Shown here piece by piece: positions 1 through 8,436 of a stretch of 64,000 nucleotides of DNA (its first letter is position 1; each line of letters begins with the position of its first letter). Source of the stretch: Pseudomonadota bacterium (GTDB lineage Bacteria; Bdellovibrionota_C; UBA2361; OMII01). Position numbers and translations under genes: made by a program. The stretch covers positions 9,485 through 73,484 of the forward strand of contig JBKCMS010000087.1 in NCBI GenBank assembly GCA_046300175.1, written 5' to 3'. The notes under the pieces are model-generated. The model searched no databases. It saw nothing but the letters and a program-made list of their open reading frames with translations, and had not been told where the DNA came from.

Positions 1-250
1 CACCCCGCACCAACGCTACAAAGAGAGGATACCCAAACGTTCGATTCGATATGTGCCGCAGCGCTTCGGCGATACCCTCAGACCCTAGGCTGAGGTACTC
101 AGCTGCGTCGCAGCAGAATACCCCGCGAAATGCCGGCGGCACCCCGATCACCACGCAAAACCACACCACCCCAACAATCACACCTAGTGCGATCGAGCAC
201 CACTTGTACCGAGTATCTGCAACGCTCGAAGAAGTCCGGTGTGGCTGCAT
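1..250 (-). CDS. Partial CDS (N-terminal part only, runs off the left edge): small membrane protein
   Basis: ATG at 250..248 on the minus strand, with the frame open to base 1 (about 83 codons). One hydrophobic helix, WCSIALGVIVGVVWFCVVIGV. No Shine-Dalgarno (SD) sequence seen. Not in the ORF track because it has no stop in the window. Confidence 0.25.
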   Translation of the reverse strand, partial: MQPHRTSSSVADTRYKWCSIALGVIVGVVWFCVVIGVPPAFRGVFCCDAAEYLSLGSEGIAEALRHISNRTFGYPLFVALVRG

Positions 251-274
251 AACGACAGAACGCTACGCTACCGA

Positions 275-1867
275 CTAGGCCTGGTCGTCCACTGCCAAAA
301 GGGTCGGCCCCTCTTCGTCATCACCACCAGCATCATCACCCTGCTCATCACGGCTCGGGCGACGACGGCCACCGTTCCCACGGCGGTCATCATAACTGCC
401 AGCTCCATCGTCATCTGACTCGTAACGCTCCTCGTTCTCACTCTGCATCGCTGCCAACTCCTCGGGAGTTGGATCACGTGGAATCGACAGGGTTACAGCC
501 CTCTTCACAAAGTACTTGCTACCTTTTGCTCCTGGAGCATCAGCCTCGGCAAGCTTCTCGACTACCTGATCTGCGACCTTCTCTGGCACATCGACAAACG
601 AGTAGGCACCGCGAACACTCACGCGATGAATCTCATCTGCTCCAACTCCGCAACTTGATACAACCTGCTCCTTGAGAGCCTGCTCTGATAGACCTTGATT
701 AGCTCCAGAGCCAACGTAGAGCCGTGCTTCCTTATCAACCACCATCGGCTTTCTCGGTTGACGCTGGCGGCGTCCACCTTCACGACCGTCTTGTAGACTT
801 CGCTCACCACGCTCGCGACGTCCCCCGCGATCGCGACCACCACGTCCACGTCGTCCTTCACCATCTCCGCCTTCCTCTGAGAGAAACGCTGGCTGGCGAT
901 CATCATCCTCGCTGAAATCATCTTGGTAACGACCGCGACCAGCGCCACGGTTACCACGATCTCCTCGCTCTCCTCGTGCGCCGCGATCACGATCTCCACG
1001 ATCTCGACCTCCACGCCCCTCGCGCCTATCGCGGCCTCCACGACGTCCTCCGCCGCGCTCAAGTTTATCGAAATCAGGTTGCGAACTATCGTCCTCGAAC
1101 TCGTCCTCTTCAAACTCGGAACGCTCCTCTCGCGCTGGTGCTGTCGCAGCACGCAAAGCCGGAATAACCGTCAGAGTGTTGTTGAGCAAGAACGATACGA
1201 TCTCGCGAGACTTATCATCTGCAAGAACCTTATCTACCAACTCAGTTAGGGCGGGCTCTCCAGCCTCTGCGCGTTCTACAGCTTGATCGCGAAGCTGCGT
1301 AAATTTCCCGGCAAATATCTGCGCCGGAGTCGGTGGCTCTGCCTGCACGAACTCGGCCTTCCCAAGTTTTTTCAGGAAGTGAAAATTAGTTATATCCATC
1401 GCTGAAACGAGACTTAGAACGCGCTTAGTCTTGCTCTCGCCCTCAGCGATAAAGCGCTGAAAGTAGACCTCTGGGTCTGCTGGCACTGAGTAGTTGATTA
1501 CAACCTCAAACTCCTCAAGCGGCACTCCTCGCGCTGCAACATCAGTTAAAACAAGAACTGTTATCTCTTTTTTCTGTAACTGCTGAATCGCTTTGCTGAG
1601 CTTGATCTGAGGCACATAGCCAATAAGCTTGAGCGAAGAGATCCCTCGCTTCTTAAGAATTACATCAGCAAAATCTGCATCTGACGGTGAGTTGCAGAAC
1701 ACAACGCACGCGTGCCCAGCTTCAAACTCAACGAGATCACAGAGCGCTTGTGGCTTGGCCAAAAGCGAGGTTCCTACTTCGTAGTAAATGTGCTCCATAT
1801 TATGCACCACTATTCCTTCTTTGTTGTTGGTTGCACTGCGAGGCTGAAAGCTCTTGTGAGCATCCAA
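275..1867 (-). CDS. DeaD/CsdA-like protein lacking the DEAD (RecA1) domain: helicase C domain, acidic and RGG-rich low-complexity region, DbpA-type RNA-binding domain
   Basis: Motif IV-like VVFCNS and motif V TDVAARG are present. Motif VI HRxGRTGR is replaced by QRFIAEGESKTK. Long RGGRDR/DE-rich tract. C-terminal ARLYVGSG...YSFVDVPEKVA resembles the DbpA RNA-binding domain. TTG start, or ATG at 1798. An in-frame stop lies 4 codons upstream of the TTG. Confidence 0.7.
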   Translation of the reverse strand: MDAHKSFQPRSATNNKEGIVVHNMEHIYYEVGTSLLAKPQALCDLVEFEAGHACVVFCNSPSDADFADVILKKRGISSLKLIGYVPQIKLSKAIQQLQKKEITVLVLTDVAARGVPLEEFEVVINYSVPADPEVYFQRFIAEGESKTKRVLSLVSAMDITNFHFLKKLGKAEFVQAEPPTPAQIFAGKFTQLRDQAVERAEAGEPALTELVDKVLADDKSREIVSFLLNNTLTVIPALRAATAPAREERSEFEEDEFEDDSSQPDFDKLERGGGRRGGRDRREGRGGRDRGDRDRGARGERGDRGNRGAGRGRYQDDFSEDDDRQPAFLSEEGGDGEGRRGRGGRDRGGRRERGERSLQDGREGGRRQRQPRKPMVVDKEARLYVGSGANQGLSEQALKEQVVSSCGVGADEIHRVSVRGAYSFVDVPEKVADQVVEKLAEADAPGAKGSKYFVKRAVTLSIPRDPTPEELAAMQSENEERYESDDDGAGSYDDRRGNGGRRRPSRDEQGDDAGGDDEEGPTLLAVDDQA

Positions 1868-2239
1868 GTACCCTCTGTGCTACTAAACGTTATCTTCTCT
1901 TCTCACGGCGAATGAATTAGGTTTCTGATTCATTGGACAGTGGTTTCACTTGCGATGCAGTCGATACCGGGTAGGGTTAGGTCTACTTTGCTGGCATATC
2001 TGTTGTACCAGCGTCACGGCGAGATTGACTCTGCAAGGGACGTGCATATCTGGTGGGCAGCACGCTTTATCCCAAAGCTCCCTTTCTCAAACCTAGGCTT
2101 TCAGTCTATACCATAGAGGGTGCCAGAGGAAGTTACTGCTGTGCGATTTTCGCTCTGCGCGCTGTCAGATATCTTATGGCTCCCTGTAGAGAGCCAAGCA
2201 AGCCAGCTATCCTATTGAACTTATTATATTTTAAGTCTT

Positions 2240-3505
2240 ATGATCGGCATTCTGTACAAGGCGCTTTTTGTCATCATACGGCAGATCACCTGCTGCACCT
2301 GTGGAGCATGGCTACTTGCCATAGCTCTGACTGCATGTTTGCCGGGTGGCGCGCTTACAAGCCTAGATAAAACAGATAACAATCTGAAATCACTGCAAAT
2401 ACCTAAGTGGTCAGAGCTATCCATAAGCTCGCTGCCATCCTCCTCTGCCCACCTCGGTGACGTACTGGCCACAAAGGAGATCACTAGCGCTCCACTTCGG
2501 GCTGTCTCTGTTGGGTCGGATGGAAACGTACTCCTCTGGGACCTCGCCGCAGGCAGCGGTCGACTCGTCACTCAGCTGGGCGGCGCCATACAATTTGCGG
2601 CCTTGGGGCGCTCTCACGCCGTTGTGGCCTGGAGCTCGGGAAATACTGTAACGGTGGCCTGCGTGGTTGGCTGCTCCGAACGCTGGGAGCTAAAAAAGCT
2701 CAAAACTCGCACGACGTCGCTAGGATTTCATGAGGATGATTCAGCTCTACTGATCGGTGGCGCTGACGGCCGTGTGTACCGCTGGCTATTTCAGAGTGAA
2801 GGGCAAGACCTATCTGCCGACCAACGCGATCGAACCCTTGAGCGCTATATCGCCCATCAAACTCTCGTCAGCGTTGTGGCACCACTACACACCGGACGCG
2901 CATTCTTCTCAGCTGACTGGGATGGTCAACTTTACGCTTGGTTAGCATACACCGCCGACGATCATCGAGGGAGCTATGACCGAACCCTCTTCGGTGGTCG
3001 TTTCTTCGGTAACCTCGGCAATTACATGCTCGCCTCCCGTCCTGCCGATCGCGGTATAACTACTTTAGCTCTCTCCGATAATGGACAGAGACTCGCTCTG
3101 GGTACTGATGATGGATACGTGGAGGTCTGGGAGGTTCGTGGTTTTGAGATGACAGCTCGCTCACTCACCCACGTGGGCCGCGTCATCAGCGTATCTCTAA
3201 GCCACGATGGTTCGCGAGTTGCATCACTAGGTCGAGATGGCTTAATCGCTGTGGCAGACGTAGTAGGCGACCCCTCTTACGGTGTCAAAGCGGGTGCGCT
3301 GCGCAGCACCGCAACTCAGGTATTTAAGGAAGAGGTAAAATCAGCTCGCAACGTCTATTTCCTATCAAGCGGCGATCTTTTACTCTCGACTAGCACTGGC
3401 CAAATAGGAGAGATATCGTTGTCAGCTATCCGGCGCGCTGTGACTCCCGCACCGCTCCGGGTTACTCCGGGATTAACCGCTGGAGAGAAGGGATCAGATT
3501 ACTAG
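2240..3505 (+). CDS. WD40-repeat lipoprotein
   Basis: Lipobox-like LTAC after a hydrophobic N-terminus. Repeated WD-like blades: SDGNVLLWDL, GADGRVYRW, DWDGQLYAW, TDDGYVEVWEV, GRDGLIAV. Confidence 0.65.
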   Translation: MIGILYKALFVIIRQITCCTCGAWLLAIALTACLPGGALTSLDKTDNNLKSLQIPKWSELSISSLPSSSAHLGDVLATKEITSAPLRAVSVGSDGNVLLWDLAAGSGRLVTQLGGAIQFAALGRSHAVVAWSSGNTVTVACVVGCSERWELKKLKTRTTSLGFHEDDSALLIGGADGRVYRWLFQSEGQDLSADQRDRTLERYIAHQTLVSVVAPLHTGRAFFSADWDGQLYAWLAYTADDHRGSYDRTLFGGRFFGNLGNYMLASRPADRGITTLALSDNGQRLALGTDDGYVEVWEVRGFEMTARSLTHVGRVISVSLSHDGSRVASLGRDGLIAVADVVGDPSYGVKAGALRSTATQVFKEEVKSARNVYFLSSGDLLLSTSTGQIGEISLSAIRRAVTPAPLRVTPGLTAGEKGSDY

Positions 3506-3520
3506 AGCTAGTCTACGATA

Positions 3521-3548
3521 CTTTTTGAGACCGGTTAGTAGTTACAGG
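3521..3548 (+). repeat. Fragment of repeat family D (CTTTTTGAGACCGGTTAGTAGTTACAGG)
   Basis: Shares TTTTTGAGACCGGTT plus AGTA..GT.AC.GG with 9603-9622 and 43434-43465. Lies between the WD40 gene stop and the lspA start. Confidence 0.6.
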
Positions 3549-3558
3549 AATTCAATAG

Positions 3559-4101
3559 ATGAATAGATCACCACAGCCAGTTAACACGCCCTCTAAATTA
3601 CCGAGCGAGCTCACATGGTGCCGCCCAAAGCTAGCGATAGTACTGCTGGTGGCTATCGGAGTCGTAGCACTTGATCAGGTAACCAAACAGTTAGCGCTAT
3701 CTGCATTTCAACCCGGTGAAGTTCAACAGGTAATCGACGGAGTGTTTAACCTGACCCTTTCATTTAATCGGGGCGCTGCCTTTGGCCTCTGGTCGGGTTT
3801 AGAGAGTGGCTGGCGCGAGATAGTTCTTGCATCAACCATCCTGTTGGCTCTGGGAGTGGTCGGATTCCTGCTTACACGACCGTACTACCAATCTAAGGTG
3901 ACACAGATCGCCCTCGCAGCCATCCTCGGTGGAGCTATAGGAAACGTCATCGACCGCTTTATATACGGTGCCGTCGTTGATTTTCTCGACTTTTACCTCG
4001 GTAGCTACCACTGGCCAGCTTTTAACATCGCCGACAGCGCTATCTGTATCGGTGTTGGCTTACTACTTTTCCTTCCTAAGGCCGAGGTCCAAGCTTCGTA
4101 G
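3559..4101 (+). CDS. lspA: Lipoprotein signal peptidase (signal peptidase II)
   Basis: Motifs NRGAAFG, GGAIGNVIDR and FNIADSAI. Four hydrophobic segments. 180 aa. Confidence 0.9.
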   Translation: MNRSPQPVNTPSKLPSELTWCRPKLAIVLLVAIGVVALDQVTKQLALSAFQPGEVQQVIDGVFNLTLSFNRGAAFGLWSGLESGWREIVLASTILLALGVVGFLLTRPYYQSKVTQIALAAILGGAIGNVIDRFIYGAVVDFLDFYLGSYHWPAFNIADSAICIGVGLLLFLPKAEVQAS

Positions 4102-4174
4102 CGCCCCGTTTATTGGTTGCCGTTCTCATAAAGTCCTCGTAGAATCGTATAGGTAGCTCTTCGTAGGATTTTAC

Positions 4175-4630
4175 ATGTTTAGTCGTTATCATTCTCTCCC
4201 GCTCTCACCCAGAAAGCCTTTGACGTTGAAGACCACCCAACTGAATCTCTCTGGCTTTTTTACGGTGGGATTTTCGCTGACCATGTTCGTATGCGCTCAC
4301 TTGCTTAGCGGATGCACCCCTCGTAACAACTACTCTACTACGGGTGCAATAGCTGGCACTGCAGTTGGTGCTGGTGCGGGAGCCGCTATCGGTAGCGCGT
4401 CGGGTAATACCGGCACGGGCGCTGTTGTTGGAGCAGCGGTAGGGGCTATTTCGGGTGCCGCGATTGGAGACGTACGTGATGATGCTGAAGGGGCAACAAA
4501 ACAGCACGATGCTTTTATGAAGAAGCAAGAGGAAGCCCGCAAGAAGCAGGATCGTGAACTACAGGACCTCAAACGACAGAAGTACCATGACGACTACTTT
4601 AGGTCTCGCTACCCACAGGCCGCTGAGTAA
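4175..4630 (+). CDS. Glycine-zipper lipoprotein
   Basis: Lipobox LLSGC, followed by GAIAGTAVGAGAGAAIGSASGNTGTGAVVGAAVGAISGAAIG and a charged C-terminus. Exact start uncertain. Confidence 0.6.
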   Translation: MFSRYHSLPLSPRKPLTLKTTQLNLSGFFTVGFSLTMFVCAHLLSGCTPRNNYSTTGAIAGTAVGAGAGAAIGSASGNTGTGAVVGAAVGAISGAAIGDVRDDAEGATKQHDAFMKKQEEARKKQDRELQDLKRQKYHDDYFRSRYPQAAE

Positions 4631-4683
4631 TGGTCGCCACACTTTGTTAAAGCCGTAATTCGTATCGGAGCACAGGAGTTACC

Positions 4684-5913
4684 ATGGAGTCTAAACCGAG
4701 AGCATCGTTTGCAACGTTGCTTATTTTAGCGAGCGCGCTGATCGTTTGTACGAGTGCTTGTACCAAACCACGAAAGACCACCGCAGTTGGCTCTGGGGTT
4801 GGAGGCGTCATCGGAGCAGGGCTAGGAGCAATCATAGGCAATCAAAGCGGCAACGCAGGAAGTGGTGTGGCGATCGGAGCTGGCGCCGGAGCTGCTGTGG
4901 GAGCAATAGTTGGTAATGCGCTACAGGCGCAGGAAGAGCGCAATGTCACCCAGGACGAGGCGATTAAACGACAGGAACGGGTGATTCAGGCTCAGCGCAA
5001 TGAAATTAACGAGTTGCGCTCAGTTCGGGGCGATGATTCATTCTCTCTTAATCGATCCGCCCATGCATCTACACAGGCGTCAGCACAGGCATCGCCTCGC
5101 TACCACTATCGAGGTACTAAGATAAGCCCGGAGTCGCCCGAGGTAGCACGCCAACGCGCAAAGCTTCAACAACGTGGCCCGCGGCCCCGTAATACCTCAG
5201 GGGAAGCAGTATACTCGTCGAGTTATTACTCTGACGATCACCGTCCTTCAGAGGCTGCTTCTCGCAAAACAACACCTCTTACTTCAGCGGTAGCGCTAAC
5301 CCCTAAAAAGCTCCCTGCCGCCACGCTTCCGGAGGCCACCCTGCCAGAAGCCTCAACTGCGATACGGCAACCTCTGGCACGTTATGACCTGCGCTCCGAT
5401 CTAACATCGAGCGACACAAAAACTCCGGCAGATGCGGCTGTGCCGCCGAAAGCGGAGATTGCTCCAGCAGGATCCGAAGCTGCAAAGTCAAGTAGCGACA
5501 TCAAGGAGACTACTCCCAAGAAAATCGTAGCCCCAGTTATGCCAGCCGCCGCAGGCGACATCAGCGAGAGCGACATCTCAGCGCCTCAAGCTTCCAACCA
5601 ATCTACAACCCGCTCAACATCTTCCACAGCCGCTTCAGCCACCCAGTCAAAAGAGTGTAAAGAAGCGTTAGCAGAAAGGGACCGAGCTGCCGAAGCATCA
5701 GACAACTCAGACAAATTATTCCACCTACGAAGAGCATTGCGTCTCTGTCCGCAGAGCGCTCCGCTGCACCATGAATTAGGTAAGGTGTATGGATCAATGC
5801 AACGCACCAAGGATGCGGAAGACGAATTCAAACAGGCTTTATCGATCGATCCTTCTTTTAGTGCCGCTAAGCGCGAGCTTGGAGCGTTGCTTAAAGATGA
5901 AATTCAATTTTAA
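4684..5913 (+). CDS. Glycine-zipper lipoprotein with a disordered Ser/Ala/Pro-rich linker and C-terminal TPR
   Basis: Signal plus lipobox (CTSAC). Gly-zipper GVGGVIGAGLGAIIGNQSGNAGSGVAIGAGAGAAVGAIVG. C-terminal TPR-like LGKVYGSMQRTKDAEDEFKQALSIDPSF. Confidence 0.6.
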   Translation: MESKPRASFATLLILASALIVCTSACTKPRKTTAVGSGVGGVIGAGLGAIIGNQSGNAGSGVAIGAGAGAAVGAIVGNALQAQEERNVTQDEAIKRQERVIQAQRNEINELRSVRGDDSFSLNRSAHASTQASAQASPRYHYRGTKISPESPEVARQRAKLQQRGPRPRNTSGEAVYSSSYYSDDHRPSEAASRKTTPLTSAVALTPKKLPAATLPEATLPEASTAIRQPLARYDLRSDLTSSDTKTPADAAVPPKAEIAPAGSEAAKSSSDIKETTPKKIVAPVMPAAAGDISESDISAPQASNQSTTRSTSSTAASATQSKECKEALAERDRAAEASDNSDKLFHLRRALRLCPQSAPLHHELGKVYGSMQRTKDAEDEFKQALSIDPSFSAAKRELGALLKDEIQF

Positions 5914-6595
5914 GCTTCCTGCCATGTTAAAGCAGACCATTTGTGCTGGGATATGCGCGGCAGCCTTCACAAGTAACCTGGTTGGCTGCGGTTATCTCTA
6001 TCCTGAAACGCAGGACTACGGCTATGTCGGCGACTCTTCCACCGGAAGTCGGCTAGGAGCTATTGTTGAGCGCAACTCAAATGGTCAAGTTGCCAACGCT
6101 GAGACGATTGTTCTGCCACCGAACAATAACAGCGATGACGAGAGCTCCAAGCTAGGTCAGCAGCGCGCCGAGATAGCTGCTGAAAACGCTCGGCTCATCG
6201 CAGAGCTACGCCAGCGCGGCATCGACGTCCGCGATTCCGCGCGTGGCGTAGTAGTTAATCTTCCTGATGTGCTATTTCAATCCGGCAAAGCTAGCCTGAC
6301 AAGTGCTGCGCGTGAGATAGTCTTTGAAATATCGCAGTTGCTTCAGCGAGCTCCATCAAGGCGAATACTAATTGAGGGCCATACCGACTCAATCGGCACT
6401 ATTGAATATAACCACCGGCTATCTGAATCTCGTGCACGTGAAGTTGCTCAAGCGCTTGAGGCTAACGGTATTCCTAATCGAATGATCTCCACTCGTGCCT
6501 TGGGAGAAACAACCCCCTTAGCGACCAACACCACCGAGCACGGCAGACGACAGAATCGACGCGTCGAAGTCGTCATTGAGAACGTTCGGGGTTAG
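5897..6595 (+). CDS. OmpA-family peptidoglycan-binding lipoprotein
   Basis: ATG at 5897 gives MKFNFK...LVGC (lipobox). OmpA_C motifs: LFQSGKASLT, IEGHTDSIGT..YN..LS..RA and RRQNRRVEVVI. Overlaps the upstream gene by 17 nt. Confidence 0.8.
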   Translation: MKFNFKLPAMLKQTICAGICAAAFTSNLVGCGYLYPETQDYGYVGDSSTGSRLGAIVERNSNGQVANAETIVLPPNNNSDDESSKLGQQRAEIAAENARLIAELRQRGIDVRDSARGVVVNLPDVLFQSGKASLTSAAREIVFEISQLLQRAPSRRILIEGHTDSIGTIEYNHRLSESRAREVAQALEANGIPNRMISTRALGETTPLATNTTEHGRRQNRRVEVVIENVRG

Positions 6596-6644
6596 TCGGT
6601 TTTGTTGGGGGACGGGAAATCCAGGCCTAATAAAGGTTCATAAT

Positions 6645-6818
6645 CCTAAAAAGAGCAGTCAAGGTCGGGCAGAATGGTGCAGCTGGTTAAAAGCACAAAG
6701 GATTTTGATATTTTCGGGGCGGAACCCTGGCACCGTCAGGGTGCGCACCGAAAATTCAAAAGCCGCAGTGATTTTAGCCAGATGCGCCATTCTGAACCCC
6801 GTAACTGCTCTTTTTAGG
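6645..6818 (+). repeat. Repeat family B, copy 1: about 174-nt imperfect long hairpin
   Basis: The 5' arm begins CCTAAAAAGAGCAGT and the 3' arm ends ACTGCTCTTTTTAGG. The arms are complementary along about 80 nt. The apex is ACCCTGGCACCGTCAGGGT (6724-6742). The 6680-6825 part is repeated at 10013-10152. Confidence 0.8.
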
Positions 6819-7006
6819 TTTAAAGGTACCTACGGAGCGGCGGTACTCTCCGAGTTTAGGTCGACGGTTTCTTAGCAACCACCAAAGAGTATAATAGGAT
6901 CTTATGGGAGGCCTGTCGTCAAATCCGAGTCTGATTCAACCCGAGCCTCCTTTTTATCTCTCTATTGTCTTTGTATCGAGAGTTAGGGTTCTTTACTGAG
7001 GTATCG

Positions 7007-7864
7007 ATGGCTATGGATAGGCGGCTCTGCTTACATCCCAACGTCAAGGATAAGATTGGCGACCTGCTCCTTCGGCAGTGTGGGGAAAGATTGTCTGGGA
7101 TAGAAGAGGGGATAAAACAGCGCGCCGATGGATCGAACCTAGATGGGTTTTCGATAGATCTCTTGGATGAATCTCTTCCCGGTTTAGCTAGAGAGGCAGC
7201 GTTTTTAAATTGGCTCACTGGCGTGCAGCGCGAGTTCATGAAGAGCAGCAAAGCTATAGACCTTGTTATAATCCAGATTCAGCAGGGTGTTGCGCTATTA
7301 CCATCCTACGAACAACGTGTTTTAAGCCCCAAAGCGGATTGGCTAGGGGAAATTCTTGAGGATACTCGGAAGGAAATGGCGAAGGTCATCGATGATTTCT
7401 CTCGATTTTCATCTGGAGTCAGATTTGATCTGCCTAGCACTTCTGCTAACTCGTCGCCTGCTACCTCTTGGTCGAAGTACGGGATTTTCATAGAGATTAA
7501 TGGAGGCCAGCTTCCTAAGGATTTTGCACCTCTGTTTCGCGATGAATTGCAGGGGAAATTACGGCAGGCCACTTCTCCAATTGCAACACTTGGGACTTCA
7601 ATTAAATCTATGATTGAGTTTTATGATGCTGAGCTGGCTGAATACCAAAATCCTGATTTTGGTTGCACGGATTCTTTAAGGAAACGCTGCGAGGGTTATC
7701 GGTATGATGCCGATTCCTTAGTCGCTAGCCTGGAAAGGGGGCAAAAAGCCCTTGCGTCTTTTTCGGAGTCGATGAAGAGCGCAAGCAGCTCAGAACCGTT
7801 AACTCTTCGCTTAATCCGAGGCCTCTTTGACACTCTGCGCTGGTTGGATAAACTCCTTTTTTAG
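7007..7864 (+). CDS. Hypothetical protein
   Basis: Long ORF (track 6965..7864, TTG). The ATG at 7007 is preceded by GAGG at 5-nt spacing. No recognisable motif. Confidence 0.45.
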   Translation: MAMDRRLCLHPNVKDKIGDLLLRQCGERLSGIEEGIKQRADGSNLDGFSIDLLDESLPGLAREAAFLNWLTGVQREFMKSSKAIDLVIIQIQQGVALLPSYEQRVLSPKADWLGEILEDTRKEMAKVIDDFSRFSSGVRFDLPSTSANSSPATSWSKYGIFIEINGGQLPKDFAPLFRDELQGKLRQATSPIATLGTSIKSMIEFYDAELAEYQNPDFGCTDSLRKRCEGYRYDADSLVASLERGQKALASFSESMKSASSSEPLTLRLIRGLFDTLRWLDKLLF

Positions 7865-8050
7865 CTTTTTGGTACTGCACAAGCATTTGCGGAAGCTATT
7901 ACTGCCCCCTGCTACCGATTTTGGCAGTTAATAATACGATCGTTGGCCTAAATGCTACGGATATCTCTATTGTGTTCTCGTAATAATTAGCGTGACCTAT
8001 ACTCCTGTCCCGCAACGCATCAACGGCGCTAGGTATATAAACACAGCCTC

Positions 8051-8122
8051 ATTAATTTTTGAAAAAATGAATGAGAATAGTCCCACGTTTATCAGCAACT
8101 AGATAGTCTCTTTCTACAGCTC
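8051..8122 (+). repeat. 5' part of a D/C-family composite repeat (degenerate D, then GTTTATCAGCAACTAGATAGTC)
   Basis: 8087-8108 matches 43469-43490 with 1 mismatch. The alignment continues to the insertion point of element A1. Confidence 0.6.
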
Positions 8123-8316
8123 GCCCGGATATTTCATGAAACTGCGTCGCGAGAGCGCCGAGAATGGTGATTTTTCGGGCCCGAAAGGCGGATTCAAAAA
8201 TCGATTTTCGGGGCTTAAATCGTATCGCGATACATTCCGGTCCGAAAATCGATTTTTGAGCCGAAAAAGCGCCGTTATCGGCGATCGTAGTAGCAGGCTT
8301 CATGAAATTTCCGGGC
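8123..8316 (+). mobile_element. MITE-like palindromic element, family A, copy 1 (194 bp)
   Basis: Terminal inverted repeats GCCCGGATATTTCATGAA ... TTCATGAAATTTCCGGGC. About 95% identical to 9699-9892 and to the reverse complement of 14403-14595. Internal palindromes TTCGGGCCCGAA and AAAATCGATTTT (x2). The two halves are self-complementary. Confidence 0.8.
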
Positions 8317-8420
8317 TAGAGTTTTTTTGTCTTCTGCGGCGCAACTTGGCTACGGCAAGATTGTGCTCGCCCTGTTATTGCGAGTGCTTTTTTTCAAAAA
8401 TCACTCGCGCAGAGTTTAAG
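8317..8420 (+). repeat. Repeat family C, copy 1
   Basis: AGAGT..GTCTTCTGCGGCGCAACTTGGCTACGGCAAGATTG...TTCAAAAATCACTCGCGCAGAGTTTAAG aligns along its whole length with 43503-43606. Ends 16 nt from the stop of the aldo/keto reductase gene. Confidence 0.75.
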
Positions 8421-8436
8421 ATGCATGCCACCAGCC

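Noticed and set aside
1-23. The window begins with CACCCCGCACCAACGCTACAAAG, whose reverse complement contains GTAGC and GGTGCGGGG, reminiscent of the 17-mer of the 11.8-kb array
   Set aside because: The order of the two parts is inverted relative to the array unit. It lies inside an open reading frame at the window edge. A single occurrence is not distinguishable from chance.
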